Below are positions 23,500 to 35,099 of a stretch of 64,000 nucleotides of DNA, one piece after another. Source of the DNA: Takakia lepidozioides. Lineage: Eukaryota; Plantae; Bryophyta. The notes beneath the pieces were generated by a model that saw nothing but the letters and a program-made list of their open reading frames with translations, had not been told where the DNA came from and made no database searches. The stretch's first letter is position 1, and each line of letters begins with the position of its first letter. A program made the translations under genes and the position numbers. The DNA lies in NCBI GenBank assembly GCA_030704615.1, contig CM060731.1:81344001-81408000 (forward strand). Direction: 5' to 3'.

Positions 23500-25882
23500 C
23501 TCGTCGAAGGTGCAAGTCATTTCCATGCCATTGTTGTGGTACATGATGGAGGAGATGTATAGAGCTACCAATGGGCCACGTAGGTATTCTGGAGCTGTGG
23601 GCATCATCGAGCTTGATGACTTCAACAAGAGTTTGAGAGTTGGTGTGATTTGCAACAAATGCGCAATCCACAACTGTTTACGCCCTTTATGGCGCGGAAG
23701 GGGCTATTCCAGCACCTTGAGGGGCCGCCCGTGGATGATTACCATGAATATAGGCGGGGATACGCGGTGGAGATTGAGGAGTGGGGAGAGTACTGGTCAC
23801 CTAACTATGTCTCCCTCACTAGAGGCACAAGGGCAACGGCGACACCAGTAGCTACACAAACATCTCCAACTGCAAGCACTAGTAGTGGGACAAGTGGTAC
23901 AGGAGCTGGGAAATTCACTCAAGCTCCTGCTGCAGCACCAGCACCCGTGCCTGCCTTTAACCCAGTTGTGGAGTTCTTCGAGGAGTTGAGGAGAAACTAC
24001 CAAGGGATAAGGACAGAGAAGTTGCGGAGCTTGCAAGAGTTCCAACGAAGGTCTACTGAGAGTTTGAGGGAGGCTTACACCCGCATGAGGGGCTTGATAA
24101 ACGTAACCCAATGGGTTACATAAGCTCAGGCAATCCAGTTCTGGTATGGGATCCTGGACAAGGAGCTGAGGAGAAGGGTGCGGGATGCAACTCTCCTACA
24201 AGTGGACCAACCCACCTTAGCAATTATGTTTTTGTTGGCAGAGCGGATAGAACTCAATATGGTGGAGGAGCGAGTGGTCATGGTGGGGTCACAACGAATG
24301 AAAAGGCCCATTGTTATGGCTTGCATCCTGAGCTACGGCCAGGCCAGTTCCAAGGGAACAATGGTGGCCGAGGACGAAGCAATGTAGTCCCGAGAGGTAG
24401 AGAAGGCAGAGGTCGGGGTGGAGGTCGTAACCAAAACCAAAGAGCACAAGGTCAGGATCAAGGTCATGACCAAGGCATGGTGGATAGACTTGCCCAGCTA
24501 GAGCAATGTCTTGCTACCTCCTTGTTGCCTTGAACACGTTGGGATAGTGGTTGTTGTTGGCTAGGAGCCCCACTACTCAAGTTGCGCCAGCTCCAAGGCT
24601 TGAAGTTCAAGCCCCACCTATACAACCTCCTATGCCTAGGGAAGACCAGATTGGTATGGGCTTCATATGTGGAGCCGCACTTGCAGGGCCATTGCATGTA
24701 TTGGACTCTGTTGCTGCTGTCACTCGAGCAGCAACGCGTGCTCCTGAGCTAAGAAGAGTAGATATGGATTTTGATCCACAAAGGGGGGAAGCGAGTCGTT
24801 AGACAAGGCTTCCATAGTCCTTCACATTGGCTGAGTCAGTGCCACGTACGCCATCAATGGCACCCGCTCGCCCAAGTGTGTCGGAGGTAGAGCCACGAAT
24901 ACCATTAGGGAGAGTTGGTGTAGCTCGGGAAATACCAGTGGGTGGTGCAGCCAGTACATTGTTAGGAGCGGCTACGGCGGCTCGCCAAGCTCCATTGTTT
25001 TCTGCAATGACCATTGTAATGTCGGGGATTTGGCCAGCTGTTGTGTTCAGACTAGCAGCTAGACTCTGTGAGAGTGGTGATGCATCAGCACTATCTGCAG
25101 AGATAGCTGATAAGGTGCAGTCTATGGATGCTTTGGATTCGAGGGTGAAGTCAGCCACAGCTGCGCCATGGCAAGCGGCAGCTGCAAGGTTGCAGGAGTT
25201 GCCAGCTATGCTAGCCATTGAGCGCAGCATGGTGACTCCTGGGGTAGTCCTGGTGGACAATCAGGATGGAGTGTTTCAATTGGGTGGTCCAACCGGGAGG
25301 AGGTATAGGCCACTGCGGGTCTTGTTGGACTCTGGAGCACAACCATTGATGTTGGGGAGAACAACAATTGCAGGCTTGGGCCTCACAAAGGCGGATTTGG
25401 AGCCTTGCCCTTTCCAAATTCAAACATCTTTGGGTGGTTCAGAGAAGGCGCGAGGGATTACACGCCATGAGCTCTTCATTCAATTGCAGCCGGATCATCC
25501 TACGGACGGCTCAATCATGAGAGCTAAAGCCATTGTTACGGACGCGATGTCCTATGATGTGCTTGTTGGTGGGGCTGTGTTGTACCCCATGGGCTTTACT
25601 TTGGACTTTTGGGAGGAAAGGGCATCCTACAGGCCGGAATGGCAGTCAGGGGATGGTCGACATGCACTGCTCCTAGTGCGATTTATTGGGAATGTAACGG
25701 TGGATCATAAGAACATGATGCCCACATTGGCTGCATTCTCAGGGGTGGTGGCTTGGGGTGGTGAGCTTTTGGAGGGAAATAGCCATGCAGATAATAGGCC
25801 ACCACCTGATGAGGACAAGCAATTGACATACAAGGCTGAGTTGCTTCCTCATGTTCTGTGCATAGCTCATTGTGGAATATAG
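23500..25882 (+). pseudogene. gag and aspartic protease of the DNMT-carrying element
   Basis: Gag-like YQGIRTEKLRSLQEFQRRSTESLREAYTRMRGLI; protease RVLLDSGAQPLMLG and YDVLVGG in ORF 24827-25882. Confidence 0.8.
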
Positions 25883-26040
25883 TTCGGGATTTGCAGCGAG
25901 TGGCAAACCAGTGTGTGCAGCAAGCATGGGAGGAGGCATTTCCATCGGTAGGTGAGGGGAATTCAGTTACATCACCTAGACCTCCTCAATTAGCTCCATT
26001 AGACACAGTGCCTATTATCTGGCAATAACCTGACTCAGGC

Positions 26041-26990
26041 ATTTGTTTGCTAGACCTGTTTGGAGACATGAGCACTGGGCTTGCAAGAGTGTTGCAAGCA
26101 GAAATCAAAGTACGCAAGTACTTGAATGTGGAGAAGAATGAGATTGCTCGGCGTGTTTCCATGCGCCATGTTGCCTTGCTCACACATCAGTATCCTGAGT
26201 TGTTGCCTCTCTCAGCAATTCAATGGTACCAAAAGACCTTGCCAGCAGAGCGGAGGATTTGGATCGGCATGATCCCATTGACTTGGTGATAGGAGGGTGG
26301 CCTTGCCAAGGACATTCACCCGCAGGTCATGGTAATGGTTTGCAAGATGCACGATCGCATCTGTTTTGGGAGATGCTACGGGTGTTGCGTGACTTGCAGG
26401 TGAGGCAAGTGCAACCTCCAGCTTACATCCTGGAAAATGTTCCTCTCATGGGGGATTCTCGGGCTAGGGTTACGGTAAGTGTACATCAGATCCGGTGATG
26501 GATTGGATCGGTTGTATTGTTGGATGCAGCTGCAGTGGGTTTACGGGCACATAGGCCTAGGTTGTGGTGGACCAATCTTGCACCACCAGAGTTGCTCAAG
26601 AGAGCCTATGATTCCATTCAACAGCCACCCAACCTCACGGTTGAGGGCATTTTGGACCAAGGGAGGCAACCACAGAGAGTGCGACATAATGATCGTCCAC
26701 CTTTGGCGGTGGTCAATCGAGTGGGGCAGCCACGTGCAGCCTTGCCTACGCTCATGAGCTTTCCCTCGTCTCATGCTTTTCAAGAAAATGGTCCTAGGTT
26801 GATTTAGGACAGTGTGCTACAACAATTGGTGGAGCCCAATGCGGATGAGCGAGAGCGGGCAATGGGATTTGCCAAGGGCACTACAGTTGTGCCAGCTCTG
26901 TCAGAGGCAGCACGACGCCAGGTGTTGGGTCAGGCAATGGATCTCAATTGCTTGACATGGGTCATTGGCTTGTGTATGGCTGAGCAACGG
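26041..26990 (+). pseudogene. DNMT3-like C5-cytosine DNA methyltransferase domain embedded in pol
   Basis: Motifs in canonical order: I LLDLFGDMSTG (about 26047), IV DLVIGGWPCQG (PCQ at 26301-26309), VI YILENV (ENV at 26433-26441), VIII AHRPRLWWTNL (about 26547), IX ERERAMGF (about 26847), X RRQVLGQAM (about 26913). One frameshift near 26230 and stops at 26496 and 26805. Confidence 0.93.
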
Positions 26991-27539
26991 AGATTGCAAG
27001 CATTGGTGGCTACTTCCGCACTCCCATTGGATATTGCACCATCTCTGCCAACTGGGACGGTGGAGGCAGTGAGTGAGAGCGAGCTCAGGATCATTTGGAG
27101 TGTGCAAAAAACATCCATGACATATGTGGGATGAGATGCGCGAAGAGAGAGTTATTGGATCTCTCAAAGCCAACAGTTATGAGGAGTGGGGAGAGCCATA
27201 CACTGAGGATCAGTGGGAGGCCAAGGTGCTAAGGCTTTTGAAAGAGGTTGACGATGTTCTTCCCACATGATGTTCTCAGGTGGCTATGGCGGAGCAAGTG
27301 GAGGACTACACCACAGTCAGGGTGGGCGGACAAGGCCAAGAGGTTGCTACCTAGCAACCAAAGGATGGGTCTCAGAACTCCAAGCCTTGTGTACCAAAGG
27401 TTGTAGTCACTGAGGACAGCTGGGAACCAGATGTTGGACCTACAGTCACGGGAGGAGAGAGGGGAGAGAGGCGGAGGATCCAGCAATTCTAAGGGCATAT
27501 AGAAATTGCTTTGACTTCGGTTGTGAAGGATTGGTGAGT

Positions 27540-30340
27540 CTGAAGGGCCAGGAGATTCGTATTGATTTGGGAAGTGAACGCCAATTTTTCGAAAGGCCTA
27601 CAAGTTATAGTGATATGGAGAGGTCTTTGATCCAGTCACGGACTATGGAGTGTTTGAAGCTGGATTGGTGGAGTTGAGTGTCAGGCGGTGGAGGGGAGTA
27701 TGCCTCGGCAATGGTGATACCAGCTAAGGAAGGAGGATCTATGGCCAATTGGACGAAAGGAGGATTGTGTGGGGACTACCGTCCTGTGAACCGTCAGACT
27801 AAGTTTGATAGATATTGCCAGCCAACTCCAGAGGGAGATCTTGCTGCATTGAGCAGCAAAGTATTTAGCACATTGACTTGTGATCCGGTTACCACCAGTT
27901 GCCAATCAAAGAGGCTGACAAGCAAAAGACGACATTCTGGGGGATTGACCAACATGAGAAGGATTGCTTGTACCAATGGCGGTTCCTGCCGTTTGGGTTG
28001 AAGAATGCTCCTGCAAAGGTTCAGAGGGTCATGGATAAGATTCTTGTGGGGCTAGACTTCGCTCGGTGCTACATTGAGGAAATCCATCTTTAGTGCTATG
28101 ATTGAGGAGCACGAGGATATTTTCAGATGGTGTTTGAACGCTTGAGAGCGCATGGGTTGAAAATTGCACCCTGGGAAGTGCAAGTCTTCCACAACCAGAT
28201 TGAGTATCTACGCCACATGATATACCTGGAGGATATTGGGTGTTCAGGAAGACGAAGGTAGAGGCCATTGCACGCACATTCCACGCCCCATCGATGTAGC
28301 AGAGTTCGTGCTTTCATGGGGTGGCAAACTACTATTGACGGTTTGTCAAGCAATTTAGCAGCATTGCAAAGGCTCTTACCAAGTTGACCAAGGTAGGTCA
28401 AGAGGGGCAGTGGGAGGAGGAGCAGGAAGAAGCTTTTGAGGAACTCAAAGCTCAATTGACTTTTGCGCCTATTCTAAGGCGGCCTATTCGGGGGCGGTCT
28501 TTTCCAGCTACATACGGATTGGAATATGCCTAGGGATTGGGGCAGTGCTCACACAGGTGGATGATGAGGGAAGAGAGTTGTAGTGGCATATGCAGCCGCT
28601 CGAACATGATTGCCGAGGCGAAGTATAGTTCATATGAAGGGGAGTGTCTAGCCCAGTATGGGCAATGGCACATTTTAGATGCTACCTCTATGGCAATCTC
28701 TTCACCCTTGTCACGATATCACTAACCATTGAAGTGGTTGATGGAGTCAGACAAGTTACAGGGAAGCTTGCACGGTGGGCACTTATGCTTCAAGAGTACG
28801 ACTTCCAAGTGGTGCATCGAGCCGGAATAGTCAACCAGGATGCGGATGGATTGAGTCGCAATCAATGCACAAGTGAGCTGATGATATAGGAGCTCGTTGC
28901 ATGGTGAGACGGACAAGGAGATAGTGCCAGGATGGCACACATCTGCCTTTTTATGCATTCTAGCAATGAGAGCTCAAGCTGGTCCATCCCATGTGATGGT
29001 CATAGAGATAGATGTGGCATGACACCAGAGATCAGTGAGGAGCTTGGTGGTGCTACGGATGTACATGAAGATGCAACAGTGTTGGCATATTTCGTACTGG
29101 AGAGACAGCAGCCAGTGTGACTACTAAGGAGAGAGATCGGATCTACAAACGAGCCAAGAGGTTCAAGTGGGAGGGGACTCACCTACTCCGAGTATGGAAG
29201 GATAGATGAGGTGAGGATTGTGCCTCATCCAACACAGCGAGCGCGATCGTACACCATGCCCATGAGGAGTTGGGACATTTTGGGGTGCGGCGCACTCATA
29301 GTTTGTTGCAATGACAGTATTGGTGGCGGGGCATGCACACGGATAAGCAACAGTTAGTGGCAAGGTGCATGGTGGATTGTGTGCTAGAGTGCCGGCTTCT
29401 TCCAATGCACCTACTCCACAAGTGCATCCTTACCCATTATGGTTTGGCTATCGTTGGAGTCTTGACTTCGCAGGCCCATTGCGCTGACGATTCGTCATAA
29501 CAAGTTGTGCTAGTGATAGTGGAAACATTTCTCCAAATGGATTGAATCGGTGGCATTGCCTGACAAGGCAAGTAAGGGGCTGCATATGCATTCTTAGATC
29601 GAGTGCTTAGCCAATTTGGTGCTCCAGCCGAGGTACTCACGGGACCAGGGGAGAGAGTTTTGGGGGGAGTTTCAGGCTTTGTGTGAGCAAGCTTTAATAG
29701 ATCACCGCATTACTTCTCGGGATCATCCCGCGGCTGATGGCTTGGCGGAGAGAGTTGTTCAAACAGTCAAGAGAGGTTTGCGCAAGTACGATTTGTAGAA
29801 GGGACACCTAGGAGATTGGGACCTTCAGATGCTTGGCTAGCTATGGACTATAGGTTCAGCCACAAACAAGCTTCCACTTGACTCCTTCTCACCTTACTTT
29901 CTTCTCTTCGGCAAGAGCTAGATTGCCTGCATCTATTCGCAGGGAAGACTGCAGTAGTCCTCAACCTTGAGATTCTTGGATGTGTGGACAAGCATGTGTC
30001 CACGGGCAGAGTTGTTCAAGAGAGTCATGCCTATGGCTTTGAGAAACCTTGCTATTGCCCAACACGAGGAACACATCGAGGTTACGCCACTATACGTGGA
30101 GGGGGATATCGGAAGGGTGTTCGGCGTTTCCATCTTGTGAACTTTGTGTATTTGCAGCAGACAATACATACGACCTTGGATGTCACAGCAGGTCGTGTGA
30201 TGTAAGGGTCTGCGGAAGGTATGCTTGCCTTCAGGAGTGTTGATTCTGGAGGGTCGAGATGGCATGGTATGGAAAAACTATCGTGCGCAATGTGCCACCA
30301 TGTCACCTTCCACATGTGGATGGGAGGATAGATACCCACC
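27540..30340 (+). pseudogene. pol: RT, RNase H and integrase of the DNMT-carrying element
   Basis: CGDYRPVN, KQKTTFWG, LPFGLKNAPA, CYIEE (degenerate YIDD), EAKYSSYEGECLA, KLARWALMLQEYDF, HEELGHFG, DQGREF and DGLAERVVQTVK; heavily frameshifted. Confidence 0.9.
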
Positions 30341-30863
30341 TTGCAAGGAACCTGGCAGGGTTGCGTTGCATGAATATGTAGGGGACGTGACTTCCGTGTG
30401 AGCGTGAGAGCGTACGCTCACGCGACAATGACGTGGCGGGAGCGCAGGCTCATACCAGCTGATGTGGCGTGAGCATGGGGTCACGCTGACGTGGCGTGAG
30501 CGTGAGGCTGACATGTCGTTATCCTGCTGACGTGACAGTCGTCTGAATGACGTGGCATTTGGACAACTTGCCAGATGCCATGTCATCAGAAACATATAAC
30601 ACCTACAGCCAAGGGGCCTACAGTCGTGACATTCATTCATCCAAAACACCAAAAATTAAAATGCAGGAACGATTTGTGAAAGCATTTGCATCCATTCCAT
30701 TATTTCGAACGACTACACACAAGAAAGAAACACACATTTGACGATATAATTGGAGGCTGTACTGGCACCAAATATACGAAGGGACATAAAGTTCAAGTTT
30801 CAATTATTGTGAAATCCAGTAATGGAAATTGCAGATGACCAAAGTGAGAAGATGCTATTGCTC

Positions 30864-32350
30864 CTATCCCTGTTGCATAAGTGTATTCACCTCGTTGAAA
30901 CTCATGGGTGCCTGGTGAATGAAGATGTCGCATCTAGGATCACAAACCATTCTATTCAAGAAGATAAAATACAGATTCTTGTAGGGTATAAATTTTCCTA
31001 TCTTTCCCAAACTTGTTGTAAGCATGCCAACAAAATTAGGACAAGTGCAGTTGGGGAAATTTGAAACTGTGAAGTCGTACCAATCGGTCATGCCATAGCG
31101 GATGTGGAGGTCATCATAGTTTAGATTCGTCCATACCCGGGATTTGTGAAAACTTCCGTAGTGCTTGTAACACGACCTTGAAGCATTCGAGCGGATTTCC
31201 ACCTTGCCGAAGTGTTCGACAGTCGGAAGGGAAACGACGACCAGCTTCCCATTTTGTTTTGTTGGCCATGCATCAGCGTTAGGTGGTGGCACTCGAGAAC
31301 TTGCTGAAGTAGAAGCACCTGCATGTATAGAGGGGGCTCGCTGAAGGGAGAAGCCTGCCTCCTCCAACATGACAATCTCTTGAGTTGGAGATGTGTCCCC
31401 ACCTTCACACGCCAAATGCTTGGTGGAGGAGGCTTCATGACCACCGATGGTCGCACGTCCCACGCACGCACCTACCACAGTCGTCAAGGGCAGAACCAGA
31501 ATTAGTGGTCTTAGCCTTGCTTGCCCGTAAGGCTGGAATTAACCAGTGAAGGTCGGAGCCGGAGTGCGGCTTGCCTCTGGATATGGAGGACTTGCACTTC
31601 TCACGATTGGTGGCTCTGATTGCCGTGCACTTCACTCGAGACCCAGCACTGGTGCATTCTATGTGCCAGACTTTGTCATGGCATATGGACTCAACCACAT
31701 TGGGGAGGACGTTCGACTCTTGCACCCCATTGCATTGACAGTGGGAGATGCATGGGTCTGGCTTTCTAAGAAGTTCTTCCGCACTGGACATTCCGGAAAC
31801 AAATCTCTGATGCAATGGAACACGGGAGAGTGGAGAAAGAGTGGAGACGTGTCCCGTCGGCCTATGCGAGTTTGCATCCAAACCAGGAGGGGTGTTCAAT
31901 TTCCGTTACAAGAGCCGATCCTCCCACCCTCCAGATGCGGAAACTCTGGGACACCAGATGAGCTCCCTCCGCACACATGCTGACAGCCTTGACTATCTTG
32001 TTGGGATCCCAATCTTCTTGTAGCTTGCAACATCAACTCAGACTTGTCGGGACCATTGCCACCAATGCCACCCGGCAAGAACTCCCGGTATCTCGTTTGT
32101 TGCTGTAGAGCTCCATTTTGATCAACTTCCCGTCGTTACCGTAAACCTCTCTTTCGAGGAAGACAGTGCCAATCTGGTACTCGAAACGTGTTGCTAGGAG
32201 ATGTTCCTCCTCAATTGCAAAAACATTGTCATCGGCATCTTCAAGAAATAGAACAGGTTTCTCGACAGAGTAAAAATCCACTTCAGAGGAACCCATGCTG
32301 GTGCACGAAAATTTTTGAGCCACTGGAAGCCTCAAAGTGCATAGTCCCAT
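30864..32350 (-). pseudogene. SWIM zinc-finger protein gene, frameshifted
   Basis: YDFTVSNFPNCTCPNF...IPYKNLYFIF (degenerate SWIM CxC...CxH) plus an upstream Cys-rich block WHIECTSAGSRVKC...KC...DDCGRCVRG; ORFs 32033-32350, 31435-31899 and 30864-31487. Confidence 0.65.
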
Positions 32351-32645
32351 GACTTGTGTGTGGATTATTGTTTACAAACGACAGTGGGGATTACAATTCT
32401 GAGCCTTCCGTTAGAGTTCGACACCGCTACTAACGAGGCCATCCTATCATCGTTTTCTATGTCCCAACCGGATATGAAAGGTGAGCTAAACCCAGATATT
32501 GTGAAAAGCTGATTTACGTTAAGAGTCTTCCAAAAACAGTTGTTAAGCAGTTATGGCCTATGTACCGACCCAAGTGAAAGATGGCGGAGACGAACGTATG
32601 GAATCCAATGTCATCCCAACTTGTGGGCACGTGGAACCCGACAAT

Positions 32646-34655
32646 CACTACTACGTTTGGGGGGGGGGGGGGTTTAGCGAGATGCCCCTAGCGACCTCCA
32701 ACCGCCGCGTTAGCGACGGAAATACTATACGGGGGCCTGGGGCGCGCCGGGGCATTTTGCGAAGTCGGGAAGTCGTAGAGACGTCGCAGCAGCGACGTCC
32801 ACTCCGGAACGTCGCTAATTAGCGTTGTCGGGGAATCGCAAACCCCGAGACCCCCCGGCGCGGCACCGGCGGCGACTTGCGACGTCCGGGGATCGCACAA
32901 TATATATTATATATATATAATAAAATTCTGCGACGTTTTTTCTGCGACGGTCGCTTCTGACGTCCGGGGTCGTAAATGCGACCCCCAGACGTCACAGTAG
33001 GGGGACATTTTGAATTAGGTGGGAAAATTTGAATTTAAATTTAAATTTGAAATTTGAATTTCAAAAAACTAGTTGACCATTGACTCGGCGTTGACCACTG
33101 ACTCCGGTTTGTCCAATGGCAGTTCATGCATTGTTCTACATATATTAGGCAATGCATATTTGAACCTAGGACTCCACATTATAACATTTCTAAGGACACT
33201 GCGTACTATCCAATAATATACAATACATCTATGTATCACAAAAGCAGTCCAAGTATTATATACATATCAAGAGTTAGCTCCTAGTGAATACTACTATCTC
33301 AATTTTATCATTGTGTTGCAGATATGCGTACTCTACAAGAGCTCGCACAGGTGGAACTTGCACGAGACTTGTCCCCAGAGTTCTTCAAGAACAAATATCT
33401 ATCAATGGCCTAAGTTTTGCAAAGCTGCATTGCCAACTTATTGTTGGACCAATGGCTATAGGTCTGAGGGCCAAGCCCATGCTCTACAATCTACTTCCAA
33501 AATCAATTTTCCGCGACGCCCCCAGGACGCTGGGGAATCGCAGCGCCGCAGCCCCAGCGACGCATTGCGACGGCCGGGCGCTCTTGCAATTGGCGGAGAA
33601 TCAAAAAAAAAAAAAAAAAAACGTTTTATTTATGTATTTATTTTTAATCCCGGCATTGCGATTCCCCGCCGTCGCAAGAGACGCCCGGGCCGTCGCAAAA
33701 AGCATCGCTGGCTGCGGCGCTGCGACGTCTCCTGGCAATTCCCCGGCGTCGCACCAATAACTTGCTCTACCGCCAGACAATTAGTTCCCCCAATGATCTT
33801 GTCAGCCAAGGAGAGGAAACGAAACTCTACCAAGAGTCCACTGCTCTTTCGACTTCATTTCTTGCGTTAACAGAGCGTGACTGAAGTTCTTAGAGCGATT
33901 GGACAAAATGAGGGAGCCCGGCACATTATTGATGGAACCCTAGCCCTAACTCTGGGTGACCTACTGCACAGCTGTTCTTAGAAAGGTCAACTGCAATCTG
34001 TTCCTCAGGTTCACCTTGGAAAACCATTCAACCTTGCACTAAAGATAGGCTGAGACAAAAGTGTGTGAAACCCTAACTACAACTATACTGGGCACAGTTG
34101 AACTCAGATATTCATGTGAAGCATACAGAAGCAAAAACCCAACAGAAGACGCTGGACCAGGTAATATATCTTCTAGAACGAAAGCTTAGTACATATTGCT
34201 AAAGGTTACTTAGGGAAACCTCATATATAATGATCTGCGACGACCTTCCAAGCATTCCTTTCTTAGATTAGTCCAGCCGATTTTAGGAGTGATTTAGGGA
34301 ATCAAGTTAGAAACTTCTGTGCAGAATTGAACACCATTGAGTATACAAATGATCTCACTTAGGTCAGGTCAAGTTCAGAAACCCTGCTCAGCTGGGAAGT
34401 GAAAATGATTTGATGACTGTTCTTTGGACTTGCCGCATAACAGTGCGTTGGCGGGGGAATGGGATCAGGCCTCTTTCCGGCGACGGCATGGCATCGCAAG
34501 ATGCCCCAACGTCTTCGAGCGCCAGCGTTACGACGCCCCGACGTCGCATGTCCCGAGCCGAGCACCTGTGCGACGCTGCTGCAATCGCAGGGGGGTCGGC
34601 GAATCCGGCGCGCTTGGGGTCCTGGCGTCGCTAACCCCCCCTAAACGTAGTAGTG
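32646..34655. mobile_element. Non-autonomous CACTA (EnSpm) element, about 2.0 kb
   Basis: Termini CACTACTACGTTT(G)n TTAGCGA and TCGCTAA(C)n TAAACGTAGTAGTG; 3-bp TSD AAT; many GCGACG subterminal repeats. Confidence 0.93.
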
Positions 34656-35099
34656 AATGCAATATTGAGTGCAGGGTTGTAGAAAATTCAGCGGAGAACC
34701 AATTGATAGTGCATGTTGTATCACATATGAAGATTTCGAACCGGGAAAAACCGGCAAAAACTAGTCTAATAACTCATCCATCCAAATCGAATCTATCACC
34801 AAGCAATAATACATAATGGCCATACCTATCTAGTTCAAGACGGCGGCCACTGCGAAAAGGACAAAATGCCTTTGCGAGTGGACACGTATGCCCGTGAAAC
34901 ACAAATAACGAGATCGAGGCCCTGGCTGGTACTATCGAAAAACGTCTCGCAGCCAGTAGTTCGTTGATTTTAAAGCTGGAGAGTAGTAGGAGACTGAGTT
35001 CCCAGCAAGAGCGTGGAAGGCGTAGAAGATAGTCTTCTTTTTTTCACTTCAGCGAGAGACAAGAATAAGGCGAGAGAGAGAATGAGAGGTCCAAGCTCA

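Noticed and set aside
33284-33870. 158-aa and 185-aa ORFs in the CACTA element
   Set aside because: They run through subterminal-type repeats and a poly(A) tract, and show no transposase motifs.
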